From Acidobacteriota bacterium (GTDB lineage Bacteria; Acidobacteriota; Blastocatellia; Pyrinomonadales; Pyrinomonadaceae), in contig JANMAA010000235.1 of assembly GCA_031359215.1 (NCBI GenBank), positions 1,589 to 65,588 of the forward strand: a stretch of 64,000 nt of DNA, read 5' to 3'. A model generated the notes under the pieces. It was not told the origin of the DNA. It worked only from the letters and a program-made list of their open reading frames with translations, and made no database searches. The stretch's first letter is position 1, and every line of letters starts with the position of its first letter. Positions 45,996-55,763 of the stretch are shown in pieces. The translations under genes were made by a program, and so were the position numbers.

Positions 45996-47996
45996 ATGTT
46001 GAAAAACTTTTTCCGTTTTCAAGACATTCTGTTCGTATTGTATTTTGTTTTGTTATTTACGACGGTTGCTTTCGGGCAAAATCGTAATTTGCAAAATGAA
46101 TTGAGCAATTCTTTTAAATCATTCAATGTGATGCAGTTCAATAATAAAACAACTTTTCAAAATGTAAAGAGCGGAAATTCTCTCATAATTTCAACTGCTG
46201 CGAGAAATTTTGAATTATCTTTAACACCGAGAGACCTGCGTGCTGCAATCTATCGTGCCGAAGATACGAGTGCCGAAGGTGTTCGCCAACTTGAAAAAGG
46301 CGAGGTAATTACTTTTAAGGGAAAGGTCTCAGGCGAACCTGTTTCGGAAGCCCGGCTGACAATTGACGGCGAAAAAATTGAGGGTTATTTCGGTGTAAAC
46401 GGCGAAAAGTTTTTTATTGAACCGGCGAAAAATTATTCACGCTTTGCCACAAAAGAAGATTTTGTTATTTATCAGGAAAAAGATGCTATAAATTCGGAAG
46501 GTTTTACCTGCCAATCAGAACTTGCTGAAAAGATCGAGGATGGAAAATCAATAGTTGTCAGACGAACTTCTCCAAATGTGCAAAATGTTCTTGACATCGA
46601 TATTGCGACGGAAGCCGATTTTGAGTTTGTAACTGAATTGGGTGGTGCAAATCAAGCCAATAGAGAGATTTTGAATATACTGAATATGGTCGAGGGTGTT
46701 TATCAAACGGAACTCAACCTGACAATTAGCGTAGTTTATCAAAGCACCTGGTCGATGCCTGATCCGTTTGTAGCAGTAACTACTCAAACACTTTTAACTT
46801 CATTTCAAAACTATTGGAACACAAACCGCCCGACAACAGTAATTCCGCGTGATATCGCCCACCTGTTTACCTCAAAGCCGTATGCTGTGTTACGCGGTTT
46901 TTCATTTGTCGGAGCAATTTGCCGAAGCCCGTCTTTTGCTTACGGTTTGAGTGGAAGAGTGCCTTTTGAACCGGCGAAATTTCTTTTAACGGCACACGAG
47001 ATCGGTCATAATCTCGGAGCAAATCATGCCGAAGTTGCACAAAATTGCGGCGATACGGTTATGAATATGACGATAACCGCACTAACACCGTTTACTTTTT
47101 GTGCGTTTTCACGGACGGAAATTACAAACTTCGTTACTAATAATAATAGTTGTTTAAGTTCGCAGAGTCTCGCCGTGCCTAAATTTGATTTCGATGGTGA
47201 CCGTCGGGCTGATATTGCTGTTTTTCGCCCCTCGAATGGCGTTTGGTATATCACCAACAGCGGAACCAACACCTTTAATTTCGTGCAATTCGGATCGGCA
47301 GGCGATATACCCGTTTCATCCGATTTTGACGGCGACCGTAAAACAGACATCTCCGTCTATCGTCAAGGAGTTTGGTATTGTCTGAATTCTTCGGATAATG
47401 TCTTTTCCGGGGTTAGTTTCGGACTTCCAAACGACATTCCGACACCCGGTGACTTTGACGGGGATGGTAAAGCCGATATTGCCGTATTTCGCCCTTCAAA
47501 CGGTGTTTGGTATCGGCTGAATAGTAGAAACAGTGCGTTCTTTGCCACCCAGTTCGGAAGTAATGGTGATATTCCTGTAGCAGCAGATTACGATGGTGAC
47601 GGTAGAGCCGATATAAATGTTTTTCGTCCCTCAAACGGGGTTTGGTATCGCCTGAACAGCGGAAACAGCGCATTTTTTGCGGCTCAATTCGGATTAGACG
47701 GCGACAAACCGGCAGCGGGCGATTTTGATGGTGACGGCAAAGCCGACCTAGTTGTTTGGCGACCTTCTAACGGTGTTTGGTATGTGTCAAATAGCGCGAC
47801 CGGCGGGTTTTACGGTGTTCAATTCGGAGCTTCCACCGATGTTCCCGTAGCGGCGGATTTTGATGGTGACGGCAGATCGGACATCTCGGTTTTTCGTCCG
47901 TCAAATGGCGTTTGGTATCGTCTGAATAGTGCAAATAATTCATTTTTTGCTACTCAATTCGGGGCGAGTGAAGATGTTCCTATTTCTTCAAAATAA
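45996..47996 (+). CDS. Secreted reprolysin-like (M12B-type) zinc metalloprotease with 6 FG-GAP/VCBS-like repeats
   Basis: Signal peptide. HEIGHNLGANH zinc motif. Six roughly 45-aa repeats of DFDGDGKADIAVFRPSNGVWY...QFG..GD.P. Confidence 0.8.
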   Translation: MLKNFFRFQDILFVLYFVLLFTTVAFGQNRNLQNELSNSFKSFNVMQFNNKTTFQNVKSGNSLIISTAARNFELSLTPRDLRAAIYRAEDTSAEGVRQLEKGEVITFKGKVSGEPVSEARLTIDGEKIEGYFGVNGEKFFIEPAKNYSRFATKEDFVIYQEKDAINSEGFTCQSELAEKIEDGKSIVVRRTSPNVQNVLDIDIATEADFEFVTELGGANQANREILNILNMVEGVYQTELNLTISVVYQSTWSMPDPFVAVTTQTLLTSFQNYWNTNRPTTVIPRDIAHLFTSKPYAVLRGFSFVGAICRSPSFAYGLSGRVPFEPAKFLLTAHEIGHNLGANHAEVAQNCGDTVMNMTITALTPFTFCAFSRTEITNFVTNNNSCLSSQSLAVPKFDFDGDRRADIAVFRPSNGVWYITNSGTNTFNFVQFGSAGDIPVSSDFDGDRKTDISVYRQGVWYCLNSSDNVFSGVSFGLPNDIPTPGDFDGDGKADIAVFRPSNGVWYRLNSRNSAFFATQFGSNGDIPVAADYDGDGRADINVFRPSNGVWYRLNSGNSAFFAAQFGLDGDKPAAGDFDGDGKADLVVWRPSNGVWYVSNSATGGFYGVQFGASTDVPVAADFDGDGRSDISVFRPSNGVWYRLNSANNSFFATQFGASEDVPISSK

Positions 47997-48033
47997 ATTT
48001 ATCAAGATCAAAAAAGGTAAAACAAGACAAAAT

Positions 48034-48070
48034 AAAAGAGAGCGATTTTTAGGTCGCTCTCTTTTATTTT
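48034..48070. terminator. Bidirectional terminator between the convergent protease genes
   Basis: AAAAGAGAGCGA (48034-48045) pairs with TCGCTCTCTTTT (48054-48065), followed by a T-run. Confidence 0.8.
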
Positions 48071-48087
48071 TAGTTGCAACTTAATGT

Positions 48088-50202
48088 TTATTGCAATGAT
48101 ACATCATCAACTCGGAAAGTAGTTGTTACCGAACTATCAGTTGTAGTTCGGAATTGAACACGAACCGTTTGACCTTTGTAAGCCGACAGGTTAAACGCGC
48201 CTCTTTGCGTATATGAACCAGCCGTGGCTTTGTTCAAATTGCTGTAAGTCGCAAGTGTTGCCAACAAAGTGCCGCTGGTATTGCGAACTTCGACAAACAA
48301 TTTATCATATTGCGTCGTCGTTGTCGTTTCACTTGAACTGACATTTAACCAGAAAGTCAGATTTGCCGTCGGTGCTGTGCTTGGGATGGAAACCTGTTGA
48401 TAAGTTTGTCCGGCAACACTGTTATTTACACCGAAATAAATATAACCCGTTCCGCCGTGCGGTGAACTTCCGTTGGCAATGTAGAAAACTCCCGTGCCGG
48501 AAGAAACCCATGGCGATTGACTGCCTTCCAGTCCGCCGTTAACGATAAGTTCGCTTCCGCCGCCGGGAGTTGGTGTCGGTGTCGGGTTCGGATTCGGGCA
48601 AGCACCCACACCGACCGCACACCATGATTGAGCAACGGCAGTTGCTTGCGAACTCGATGCTCCGAACATATCGTTGGCAGCATTTACCGTTGCGGTTCGT
48701 GCCGCCGCAAAATTCGTTCCCGCCGTCATATAAACCGTCAAAGCGCGATACCAGATTTTTTCAGCATTGGTTGCGCCGATTCCTGTTACGGAAATACCGC
48801 CGCTGGTTGTGCCGCCTTGTGCCAACAGATAAAATTCGTAATTGGCAATGCCGGAATTGGTGTGAACGCCGCCGCTATCGGAAGAAGTTATCACTCGATT
48901 AGCATAGTTGTCGGGTTGTCCGCCGAGAGTCGGGTTGTTCATATAGCGCAACGCGTCGCCCGAAGTTGCCGGCGTGTAGGCTTGTTCACCGATTTTCCAG
49001 GTATTCGAATCAACAACGCCGCCGCGTGAATAGCGTTCGACCATTGCGCCGAAAATATCGGAAACCGCTTCATTGAGAGCACCCGATTCATTTGAATAAG
49101 TTAAATTTGCCGTGAACTGTGTAACGCCGTGCGTCATTTCGTGTCCGGCAATATCAGTTGTTACAAGCGGAGAAAATGACGAACCATCACCGTCGCCATA
49201 AGTCATCACGCTGCCGTTCCAAAAAGCGTTATTATAGCTAACACCAAAATGAACTCTCGAAACAACTAAAGAAACTCCGCTGTTAGCCGCCGCCGCAGTT
49301 GTTCCGGGTCCGTTACTGCCGTTAATGCCGTTACGTCCGTGAACCGCTTGATAATAATCAAAAGTAGATGCTGCGCCTATGTGCGCGTCAACTCCGGCAC
49401 GTTGAGCGGTGCTGTCCCAAATATCATCCGTATCGGTATAGCGCGATTGAGTTCCGCCGGTGCCGGTTGAAGTATTACCCGTGTTGTTCATATTGAATGT
49501 TCCCATCCGGCGGGTTACGTCTTCCATATAAAATGTTGAACCAGCCGAACTTGTTGCAATATTAACGGTTCCGCTATACAACGAAGAACCGGTTGCGGTT
49601 TGCAGATTATTATATTCAAAAATCTTTTCGCCTGTTTCTGCATCTATAAAAAGCACGGGCATTGCGTTTTGCCGGGTGCCGTCTTCACGTCGAAGTTGGA
49701 CACGATAGGCGAGATGATCGCGGTCTTCGCCTCGATAAATCCACAAATCTGAAACCGGGTCTGCGGTCAAGTATTTCGAGCCGGAATACATTGTTTTAGC
49801 AATTTCAATAGAATTTTCGACTGAAAATCTCGCTCTCGTATTTACGCTCACCGCATCCTTTAAATCATCCGTAATTGAAGTCAGCGAACCGTCTGCTTTA
49901 ATATGGACAATGGCTTCGCCTTCCCAAACGGGAACATCATTTACAGTTTGACGCACCTTGGTATGCGCCATTTTCAATTGGTCAAACGAAACTGACAGAA
50001 CATTAAACGTATCGACACTACCGACTGCGCGGTTAGCCGTTTCATTTCTTAAATAGTTCAGACTGATTTGTTTGACTCGCTCAATATCGCTTTGGGAACC
50101 GTTGCTGAAAACCGTTTTGTTGGCTTCGGCTGTTTTGGACACAAATGTAAAAACAATAAGTGCAAATACCAGAATTGCACCGATACTTAGAATTTTTTTC
50201 AC
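48088..50202 (-). CDS. Secreted M4 (thermolysin-family) metallopeptidase with propeptide and C-terminal accessory domain
   Basis: AGHEMTHGV (HExxH) and GALNEAVSDIFG. N-terminal FTP/PepSY-like propeptide. PNPNPTPTPTP linker plus a roughly 150-aa C-terminal beta domain. Confidence 0.88.
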   Translation of the reverse strand: MKKILSIGAILVFALIVFTFVSKTAEANKTVFSNGSQSDIERVKQISLNYLRNETANRAVGSVDTFNVLSVSFDQLKMAHTKVRQTVNDVPVWEGEAIVHIKADGSLTSITDDLKDAVSVNTRARFSVENSIEIAKTMYSGSKYLTADPVSDLWIYRGEDRDHLAYRVQLRREDGTRQNAMPVLFIDAETGEKIFEYNNLQTATGSSLYSGTVNIATSSAGSTFYMEDVTRRMGTFNMNNTGNTSTGTGGTQSRYTDTDDIWDSTAQRAGVDAHIGAASTFDYYQAVHGRNGINGSNGPGTTAAAANSGVSLVVSRVHFGVSYNNAFWNGSVMTYGDGDGSSFSPLVTTDIAGHEMTHGVTQFTANLTYSNESGALNEAVSDIFGAMVERYSRGGVVDSNTWKIGEQAYTPATSGDALRYMNNPTLGGQPDNYANRVITSSDSGGVHTNSGIANYEFYLLAQGGTTSGGISVTGIGATNAEKIWYRALTVYMTAGTNFAAARTATVNAANDMFGASSSQATAVAQSWCAVGVGACPNPNPTPTPTPGGGSELIVNGGLEGSQSPWVSSGTGVFYIANGSSPHGGTGYIYFGVNNSVAGQTYQQVSIPSTAPTANLTFWLNVSSSETTTTTQYDKLFVEVRNTSGTLLATLATYSNLNKATAGSYTQRGAFNLSAYKGQTVRVQFRTTTDSSVTTTFRVDDVSLQ

Positions 50203-50825
50203 CCTTTTAGGTAACTCCTTTAAAATTTTAATTTAGGAAATTTGCCGATATAATTTATCAAGCCGTAATATAAAAAAAACTACAAACCGAGAACAAAACA
50301 CTCCCTGAGTTTCAATAAAAAAATGGTCTTGTGTGTCCTGAAATAAAAAAGTCCAATTTGCTAAAATTTATTTTGGGGTTTTTAGGAATTGCAGAACAGA
50401 TTCTAGCACTAATATTTATACTGTCAAGCGCATAGGTTCAAAATTGTTTATTAAACAAAAAAACTTTAAAATTCTTCAAAACAGACCTTATTTGCGAATG
50501 CCCATTGTTTTTATTGAAGGTTCAATCTGCAATTGTTCAGGTAATTAAATTCAAATAAGCCTCTAATTTTTGCAACTTTTGCTCTTAATCCGTCGTGAAA
50601 GAGTGTGTTTAAAAAGTTCTGCATCCTAAATCCGAAAATGGCGCATCAAAAAACTTTACATTAATTAAGGATTCTGAGAAACAAAAAGAACAATGAGAAA
50701 ACAGTTGTAGATATTTATAATCGTTTGAATTTGCTGTCGGGATTTGAAACTTTAAGAATAAATAACAAAGGGCAAAGAATAAAACTAAGGACAAAACTGA
50801 GTTTCTCGTGCTAAACTGAAAGAAA

Positions 50826-51443
50826 ATGATTACTAAACTTAATCTTGCCAGTAAACCATTTCGCAACCGGACGTTGCCTTATCTGCTTGCGCTTTTTCTA
50901 TTGGCTTTTGCCACAGCCGGAACGATTATTTCGTTTGCTCAATTGAGCAGCATCAATCAACAGGCTGAAAGTGCGCGCAAAAGTATTGAGGAAAATGAAG
51001 CCGAACTTAAAAAGATAAAAGGCGATGGTGAAAAAGTTCAGCAACAATTAACGCCCGAACAGCGTTCGCTCTTAATTGCCTCGCACAAACTCGTGGCAAA
51101 TAAAACTTTCGGCTGGTCGCGCCTATTTGCCGATCTGGAGCAGATTCTGCCGGGTGGAGTCAGCGTTTCTCGCATCAGCATCCAAAATGTTTATCAGGAC
51201 GGCGACAAAACGAAAGCCGAATTGGACTTCGGAGTTTTGAGCCGCGATTATCAAAACGTCATTACGATGATCGACAATATGAACAGCTCACGCATTTTCC
51301 AAGCCGAATTACGAGGTCAGGATCGTCAAAAAACCGAGCGCACGACCTATACGGAATACAGTATGAAGTTAATTTACTCGCCGAATTACAGCACTGCGCC
51401 GACAGAGCGCGAGGTTGATGTAGTGCAGGGAGGAACTCAATAA
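50826..51443 (+). CDS. pilN: PilN-like type IV pilus assembly protein
   Basis: N-terminal LNLASKPFRNR followed by a TM helix and a coiled coil, at PilN size and topology. Confidence 0.6.
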   Translation: MITKLNLASKPFRNRTLPYLLALFLLAFATAGTIISFAQLSSINQQAESARKSIEENEAELKKIKGDGEKVQQQLTPEQRSLLIASHKLVANKTFGWSRLFADLEQILPGGVSVSRISIQNVYQDGDKTKAELDFGVLSRDYQNVITMIDNMNSSRIFQAELRGQDRQKTERTTYTEYSMKLIYSPNYSTAPTEREVDVVQGGTQ

Positions 51444-52448
51444 ATGAACGAAGATATTAAGCCTGATGAGTCGTCAAATAAAGTAAAAGAACCGGAAATT
51501 GTCGTAAATCAATACGGCACGACGAAGGATTCCGCAGTCGTTATCGAAGAAGAAACGCGCACCGTTTTGCTGACTGACGATGAAACCATCATCATCGAAA
51601 AACCGGCGAAAATAGATATTGTGCCTAAAAATCGCCCGCGTAATGTTTATGCGGGAATGTGGGGGAATACCGAGATAGCGACGGTCGGTTTAGGTTTGCT
51701 GGCAATTTTGGCAGCTATAATTTTATTTATTTTTGTTGTTTTGCCGGCACAGACCGAGCTTGATGACAGTAAAAAGAAGCGCGACGGTCTGGAGAAAGAA
51801 TTAGTTTCCGAGCGAAGTAAATACGGTAATTTCACGACTACGGAAGCGCGGGTTGCCGAACTCGTCAATAGCGCAACCGATTTTGAAACAAGATTTCTGC
51901 CAATTGCCGCGAACGGTAAAACCGCACTTTATCAACGAATCAACGGATTGATCTCGGCGTATGGATTAATCAATACCACTGGTCCCGATTATGCACCGCT
52001 GGAGATCGCCGACGAAACACGCGGACAAACATCGGAAGCCGAGCGCGGCAGAACAAAATTTCAAAGTTTATTCCCAGGTCAATATGTAACTATGACGGTT
52101 GAGGGTTCGTATCAGAATCTGCGGCGGTTTATCAGGGAAATTGAAACCAGCGACCAGTTTGTTATAATCAGCGCAGTTGAACTTCAGCCGACGGAAAATG
52201 AAGATAAAAATAAAATGGAAACAGTTTTTCAAACACAAGTAAATAATGTTCCGGTCGCACCAAATAATCCGCCGGGATTTCCGCAACCGCAAACTTTTGG
52301 ACAAACGATTCAACAAACTCAATCGTCCCAACCGCGACCGAAAGCTAATACCGGCAAAACACACGGTGAAACGGTTAGTTTGCGTCTTGAAATGGCGACA
52401 TATTTCCGACGTTCGATTATTCAGCCGACGATAACCGTCAATCAGTAA
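51444..52448 (+). CDS. pilO: PilO-like pilus assembly protein with extended N- and C-terminal regions
   Basis: TM helix, coiled coil (QTELDDSKKKRDGLEKEL), then YQNLRRFIREIETSDQFVIISAVELQP. The stop of pilN abuts the start. Confidence 0.5.
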   Translation: MNEDIKPDESSNKVKEPEIVVNQYGTTKDSAVVIEEETRTVLLTDDETIIIEKPAKIDIVPKNRPRNVYAGMWGNTEIATVGLGLLAILAAIILFIFVVLPAQTELDDSKKKRDGLEKELVSERSKYGNFTTTEARVAELVNSATDFETRFLPIAANGKTALYQRINGLISAYGLINTTGPDYAPLEIADETRGQTSEAERGRTKFQSLFPGQYVTMTVEGSYQNLRRFIREIETSDQFVIISAVELQPTENEDKNKMETVFQTQVNNVPVAPNNPPGFPQPQTFGQTIQQTQSSQPRPKANTGKTHGETVSLRLEMATYFRRSIIQPTITVNQ

Positions 52449-52453
52449 TAGAA

Positions 52454-53539
52454 ATGAAATTATTTGAAGGAAAAACTCCGACGGAACGAAACAAAATCAT
52501 TGCGGCTATTGCGCTTGGTGTAACGGCTTTGCTGGCACTAACTTATACATTCAGCGGAATGTTCGTTGGTTCCAAAACAACGGTAAGCGTTTCTACTTCA
52601 CCAACGCCGAAAACATCCGCTTCGCCGAAAAGCGGTGATACGCAAAACACGACCCTTCCTACGGTTGATGAAACAAATAGCCTTTATACAACCACGCCGG
52701 TTATCTATAATCCAAACAAGTTCTACGCACCGGATGCGGGCAGAAACATCTTTGCGTTTTATGAGCCGCCGGTGCCAACGCCTTATATTGCACCTCCTCA
52801 GATTGAAAAAACTCCGAAACCGATTCCGCCTACGCCGCCGCCGCCGCCGCCGCCGATTTCTCTCGGTTTTATAACTCCGCAAAGTGTCTATGCCGGTTCA
52901 AAAGGTTTTCGGCTGGAAGTCAACGGAGATAAATTTACAACTGATCTGGCTATTTATTTCAATGGCAGTCAACTGCCGACGAACTATATTAGTCCGCAAA
53001 AGTTAGTGGCGGACATTCCGGCGAACTTTATTGCAGGCGAGGGCAATATTCAAATTTTGGTTCGCACGGCTGATGGAAAACTTTATTCAAACCCGGTTTT
53101 TCTCACGGTGCAGGCACAGCCGATACCCCAACTGACATATATCGGGATGATCGGAAAAGAGCGTTATAATAACGACACGGCTTATTTTCAAGAACGGGGC
53201 AAAGAAAATGAAAAGCCGATCAGTGCGCGCCTGAACGACGTTGTCGGTGGACGCTTTAAATTGACAAGTATTTCGCCGGTCGAGGTTATATTGGAAGATA
53301 TAAGTTTAGGGTTTAAACACCGAATCGAGCTTTATCGAACCGCCGCTGAACAAGACCCGAATTCGAGAGGTAATCAGAGAGGCAGCAATAATCCTCCATT
53401 TAATCCGAATGCGCCGAATTTTACGATACCACAGGGAGAAATTCCGGGCATCCCGAATAATATTCAGCGTAAAACTGTCCAAGCAAATCCGGGACAACAA
53501 ACAGACAAGAAGTATGAAGATGATGACGGCGACAATTAA
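52454..53539 (+). CDS. Membrane-anchored Pro-rich protein with an IPT/TIG-like domain
   Basis: N-terminal TM segment and a P/T-rich linker with PPTPPPPPPP. ITPQSVYAGSKGFRLEVNGDKF...NIQILVRTADGKLYSNPVFLTV resembles an IPT/TIG Ig-fold. Confidence 0.5.
   Translation: MKLFEGKTPTERNKIIAAIALGVTALLALTYTFSGMFVGSKTTVSVSTSPTPKTSASPKSGDTQNTTLPTVDETNSLYTTTPVIYNPNKFYAPDAGRNIFAFYEPPVPTPYIAPPQIEKTPKPIPPTPPPPPPPISLGFITPQSVYAGSKGFRLEVNGDKFTTDLAIYFNGSQLPTNYISPQKLVADIPANFIAGEGNIQILVRTADGKLYSNPVFLTVQAQPIPQLTYIGMIGKERYNNDTAYFQERGKENEKPISARLNDVVGGRFKLTSISPVEVILEDISLGFKHRIELYRTAAEQDPNSRGNQRGSNNPPFNPNAPNFTIPQGEIPGIPNNIQRKTVQANPGQQTDKKYEDDDGDN
52835..52855 (+). repeat. (CCG)7 trinucleotide tract encoding poly-Pro
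   Basis: Seven perfect CCG codons inside the Pro-rich linker. Confidence 0.9.
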
Positions 53540-54242
53540 CCAAAAACCACAACTTAAAACCCGCACCCGGAAAACTGAAGCGGGACTTTCTTTGATCGCA
53601 ATTTTAGCGGTGATGACCATTTTTGCGATTGCACTTCTTGCGGTTGCCCCATCAATTCAACAAGGCGTTCAGCGTGAAAAAGAATTGGAGCAAATTCGGC
53701 GGGGTGAGGAAATTGCCGAAGCAATTCGTCAATATGTAGAGTTTTATCAGGGCAGAAAACTTCCCAAATCAATGGATGATTTGCTCGAAGGTCTTCCGCA
53801 AGGCACAAAAAAACGACAGATATTGCGACCTTCGGCGGCGGTTGACCCGTTGAGCGAGGACGGAAAGTGGCGTTTAATTTCGCCGACCAGCCAAGCCTCG
53901 ATTAATTTTATCAAGCAGGTGCAAATTTACAATGGCGGAATTCTGCCATCAAGTTCGAGCCGGTTTTTTGATCAATTTGCGATTCAGGTTGTTAATGTTC
54001 TCAATACCAAAACCCCGGATGAATTGGAAAAAGCCGCCGATGAGGAATATGAAGTAAAGACCGAGGACACGCCATTTATCGGGGTTGCCAGCCAAAGCCG
54101 TAGTAAATCGATTATTGCCTACTACGGTATCGAAAATCACAGCAAATGGATTTTTACACCGCTTTTTCGCGGTTCAGGCAGCGGCGGCGGTGGAAACGGA
54201 ATCCAGCAACCGCCGGTCGTAGTTACACCAAATAGCCAATAA
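53514..54242 (+). CDS. GspG/pseudopilin-like protein with a non-canonical prepilin N-terminus
   Basis: TEAG-LSLIAILAVMTIFAIALLAV resembles a class III signal but has Ala at +5 instead of Glu. Followed by a GspG-like helix (EEIAEAIRQYVEFYQGRKLP). Overlaps the upstream gene by 26 nt. Confidence 0.45.
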   Translation: MKMMTATINQKPQLKTRTRKTEAGLSLIAILAVMTIFAIALLAVAPSIQQGVQREKELEQIRRGEEIAEAIRQYVEFYQGRKLPKSMDDLLEGLPQGTKKRQILRPSAAVDPLSEDGKWRLISPTSQASINFIKQVQIYNGGILPSSSSRFFDQFAIQVVNVLNTKTPDELEKAADEEYEVKTEDTPFIGVASQSRSKSIIAYYGIENHSKWIFTPLFRGSGSGGGGNGIQQPPVVVTPNSQ

Positions 54243-54250
54243 AAATAATA

Positions 54251-54287
54251 AAGCAGCGAGAACATAGCGTTCTCACTGCTTTATTTA
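54251..54287. terminator. Hairpin terminator between the convergent pseudopilin-like and TonB-like genes
   Basis: AAGCAGCGAGAAC pairs with GTTCTCACTGCTT (one mismatch), followed by TATTT. Confidence 0.6.
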
Positions 54288-54302
54288 GTTGGTAACAACG
54301 GT

Positions 54303-55622
54303 TTAGAGATTAAAGTTAAAACTGACAAAACCCATTGCTTTGACCGGCTCACCGTTACGGACAAAAGGCTTGAATTTCCATTTTCTGACTGCGTCCGTCG
54401 CCGCTCTTTGAAGCAGGGAAGGACCGCTCGTATTTTGAACCTTGCTCACCTGACCGTCTTCATCTATTTCCAATTCAATGCGGACAACGCCGGTCATTCG
54501 CAAGGTCTTTGCCGTTGGCGGATAAACCGGACTAGGTTTACTCGTCGCATATTCAACCAACGAACCGATCACTAATGGCGAGTTATCTTTTACAACGCCG
54601 GCATTGACGGGAACAGTCTGATTATCGGGTTTGTTTTGATCTGATGCGGTTTCCGTATCTTTATTTTCAACACGCCGTTCTCTTGGCGATTTAGCCGGAT
54701 TGTCGGAAACCGCTGTTTCTTTGTTATCCGTCTTTTTGACTTCTTCCTTTGATTTGTCGGTTTTAGTTGTCGATTCGGCTGTTGGCTTGGGTTCAACGGC
54801 AACCTTTGACTTATCTGTCGGAATCGGTTGTTTACCGACCGGAAGCATTATCGGGGTAGTTATCGGGGCAACAGTCGAACTATTTGTCGATGTGTCTGGT
54901 GTCGGGTTATTTGAAGCAACAGTATTTTGCGGATTACCATTCGTTTCCGGCGGAGTTTCAACGACTGCATTAATAACGACACTTCTTGAACTGGCGATTA
55001 ATTCACGCGCATCGGCAGCTTCATTTTTCCAACGGTTTGCATCGTAATCATCTTTTGCTAAATTGCTTCTGGCACTGGTTGCTTCTTCAAGAAGCGTTAT
55101 TGCACCGGCGGTTTTGTCCTTGTCCTTCCCAAAAACTTTTGATTGCTCGACCACTAATTCGAGCGTTTCGCGCATTTTTTGAATGTCGGTTGCCGCTTCC
55201 GTCGGCAAATTTCGGTCTAAAACACTCAATCCAAGCGCACGATAGCGTTCGAGTTGGCTTCTTGCGCCCCTGATAACTTGTCCGGCAACGGCTGAATAAT
55301 TCGTTACACCGCCGGTTTGGTTGATTTTTTTCGGGTTGGAAAGTTCGGTTAAAAAATCTTGTGCGCGTTTGTAGTCGCCTTGCTCCAAATAGCTGTTCAT
55401 CAGCAAAACATTGATAACACTGTGAACCGTCGGGTCGGATGTTTCACGTCTGATATTTTCGAGTTCGTAGATTGCGGCGTTGTAATTCTTAACCGCAATA
55501 AACGCCTTCGCTTTTCCGACACGCTCACGCATTATGTCGGCAGATGTTTGGGCATTAATAACAAAAAAACTAATTAAAACCAGTAAAACCGAAGAGCAAA
55601 ACCTTCTGACATTTAGCGGCAT
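54303..55622 (-). CDS. TonB-family protein with an N-terminal TPR-like region and P/T-rich linker
   Basis: C-terminal TonB_C pattern (PVYPPTAKTLRMTGVVRIELEIDEDGQV...AATDAVRKWKFKPF). Confidence 0.75.
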   Translation of the reverse strand: MPLNVRRFCSSVLLVLISFFVINAQTSADIMRERVGKAKAFIAVKNYNAAIYELENIRRETSDPTVHSVINVLLMNSYLEQGDYKRAQDFLTELSNPKKINQTGGVTNYSAVAGQVIRGARSQLERYRALGLSVLDRNLPTEAATDIQKMRETLELVVEQSKVFGKDKDKTAGAITLLEEATSARSNLAKDDYDANRWKNEAADARELIASSRSVVINAVVETPPETNGNPQNTVASNNPTPDTSTNSSTVAPITTPIMLPVGKQPIPTDKSKVAVEPKPTAESTTKTDKSKEEVKKTDNKETAVSDNPAKSPRERRVENKDTETASDQNKPDNQTVPVNAGVVKDNSPLVIGSLVEYATSKPSPVYPPTAKTLRMTGVVRIELEIDEDGQVSKVQNTSGPSLLQRAATDAVRKWKFKPFVRNGEPVKAMGFVSFNFNL

Positions 55623-55763
55623 TTTCGAGTCTCCTTTCTTTTTTGGACTTTAAATTTTCCGCCAAGGTCAAAGCGAACAACCCGCACAGGTTCACTTTTA
55701 CGACCTCAACATATTTTCATTTCAAATATTTTTCAAACAAGTTTTTTAAGAAAACCTGTCCTC

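Noticed and set aside
50609-50866. An 85-aa minus-strand ORF in the AT-rich region upstream of pilN.
   Set aside because: It has low-complexity, Phe/Leu-rich AT-driven composition, overlaps the pilN start, and has no RBS or motif.
52598-52882. Minus-strand ORF with a poly-Arg run (RRRRRRRRRR), and a plus-strand alternate-frame ORF at 52635..52874.
   Set aside because: Both are shadows of the (CCG)7 poly-Pro tract within the 52454..53539 gene.
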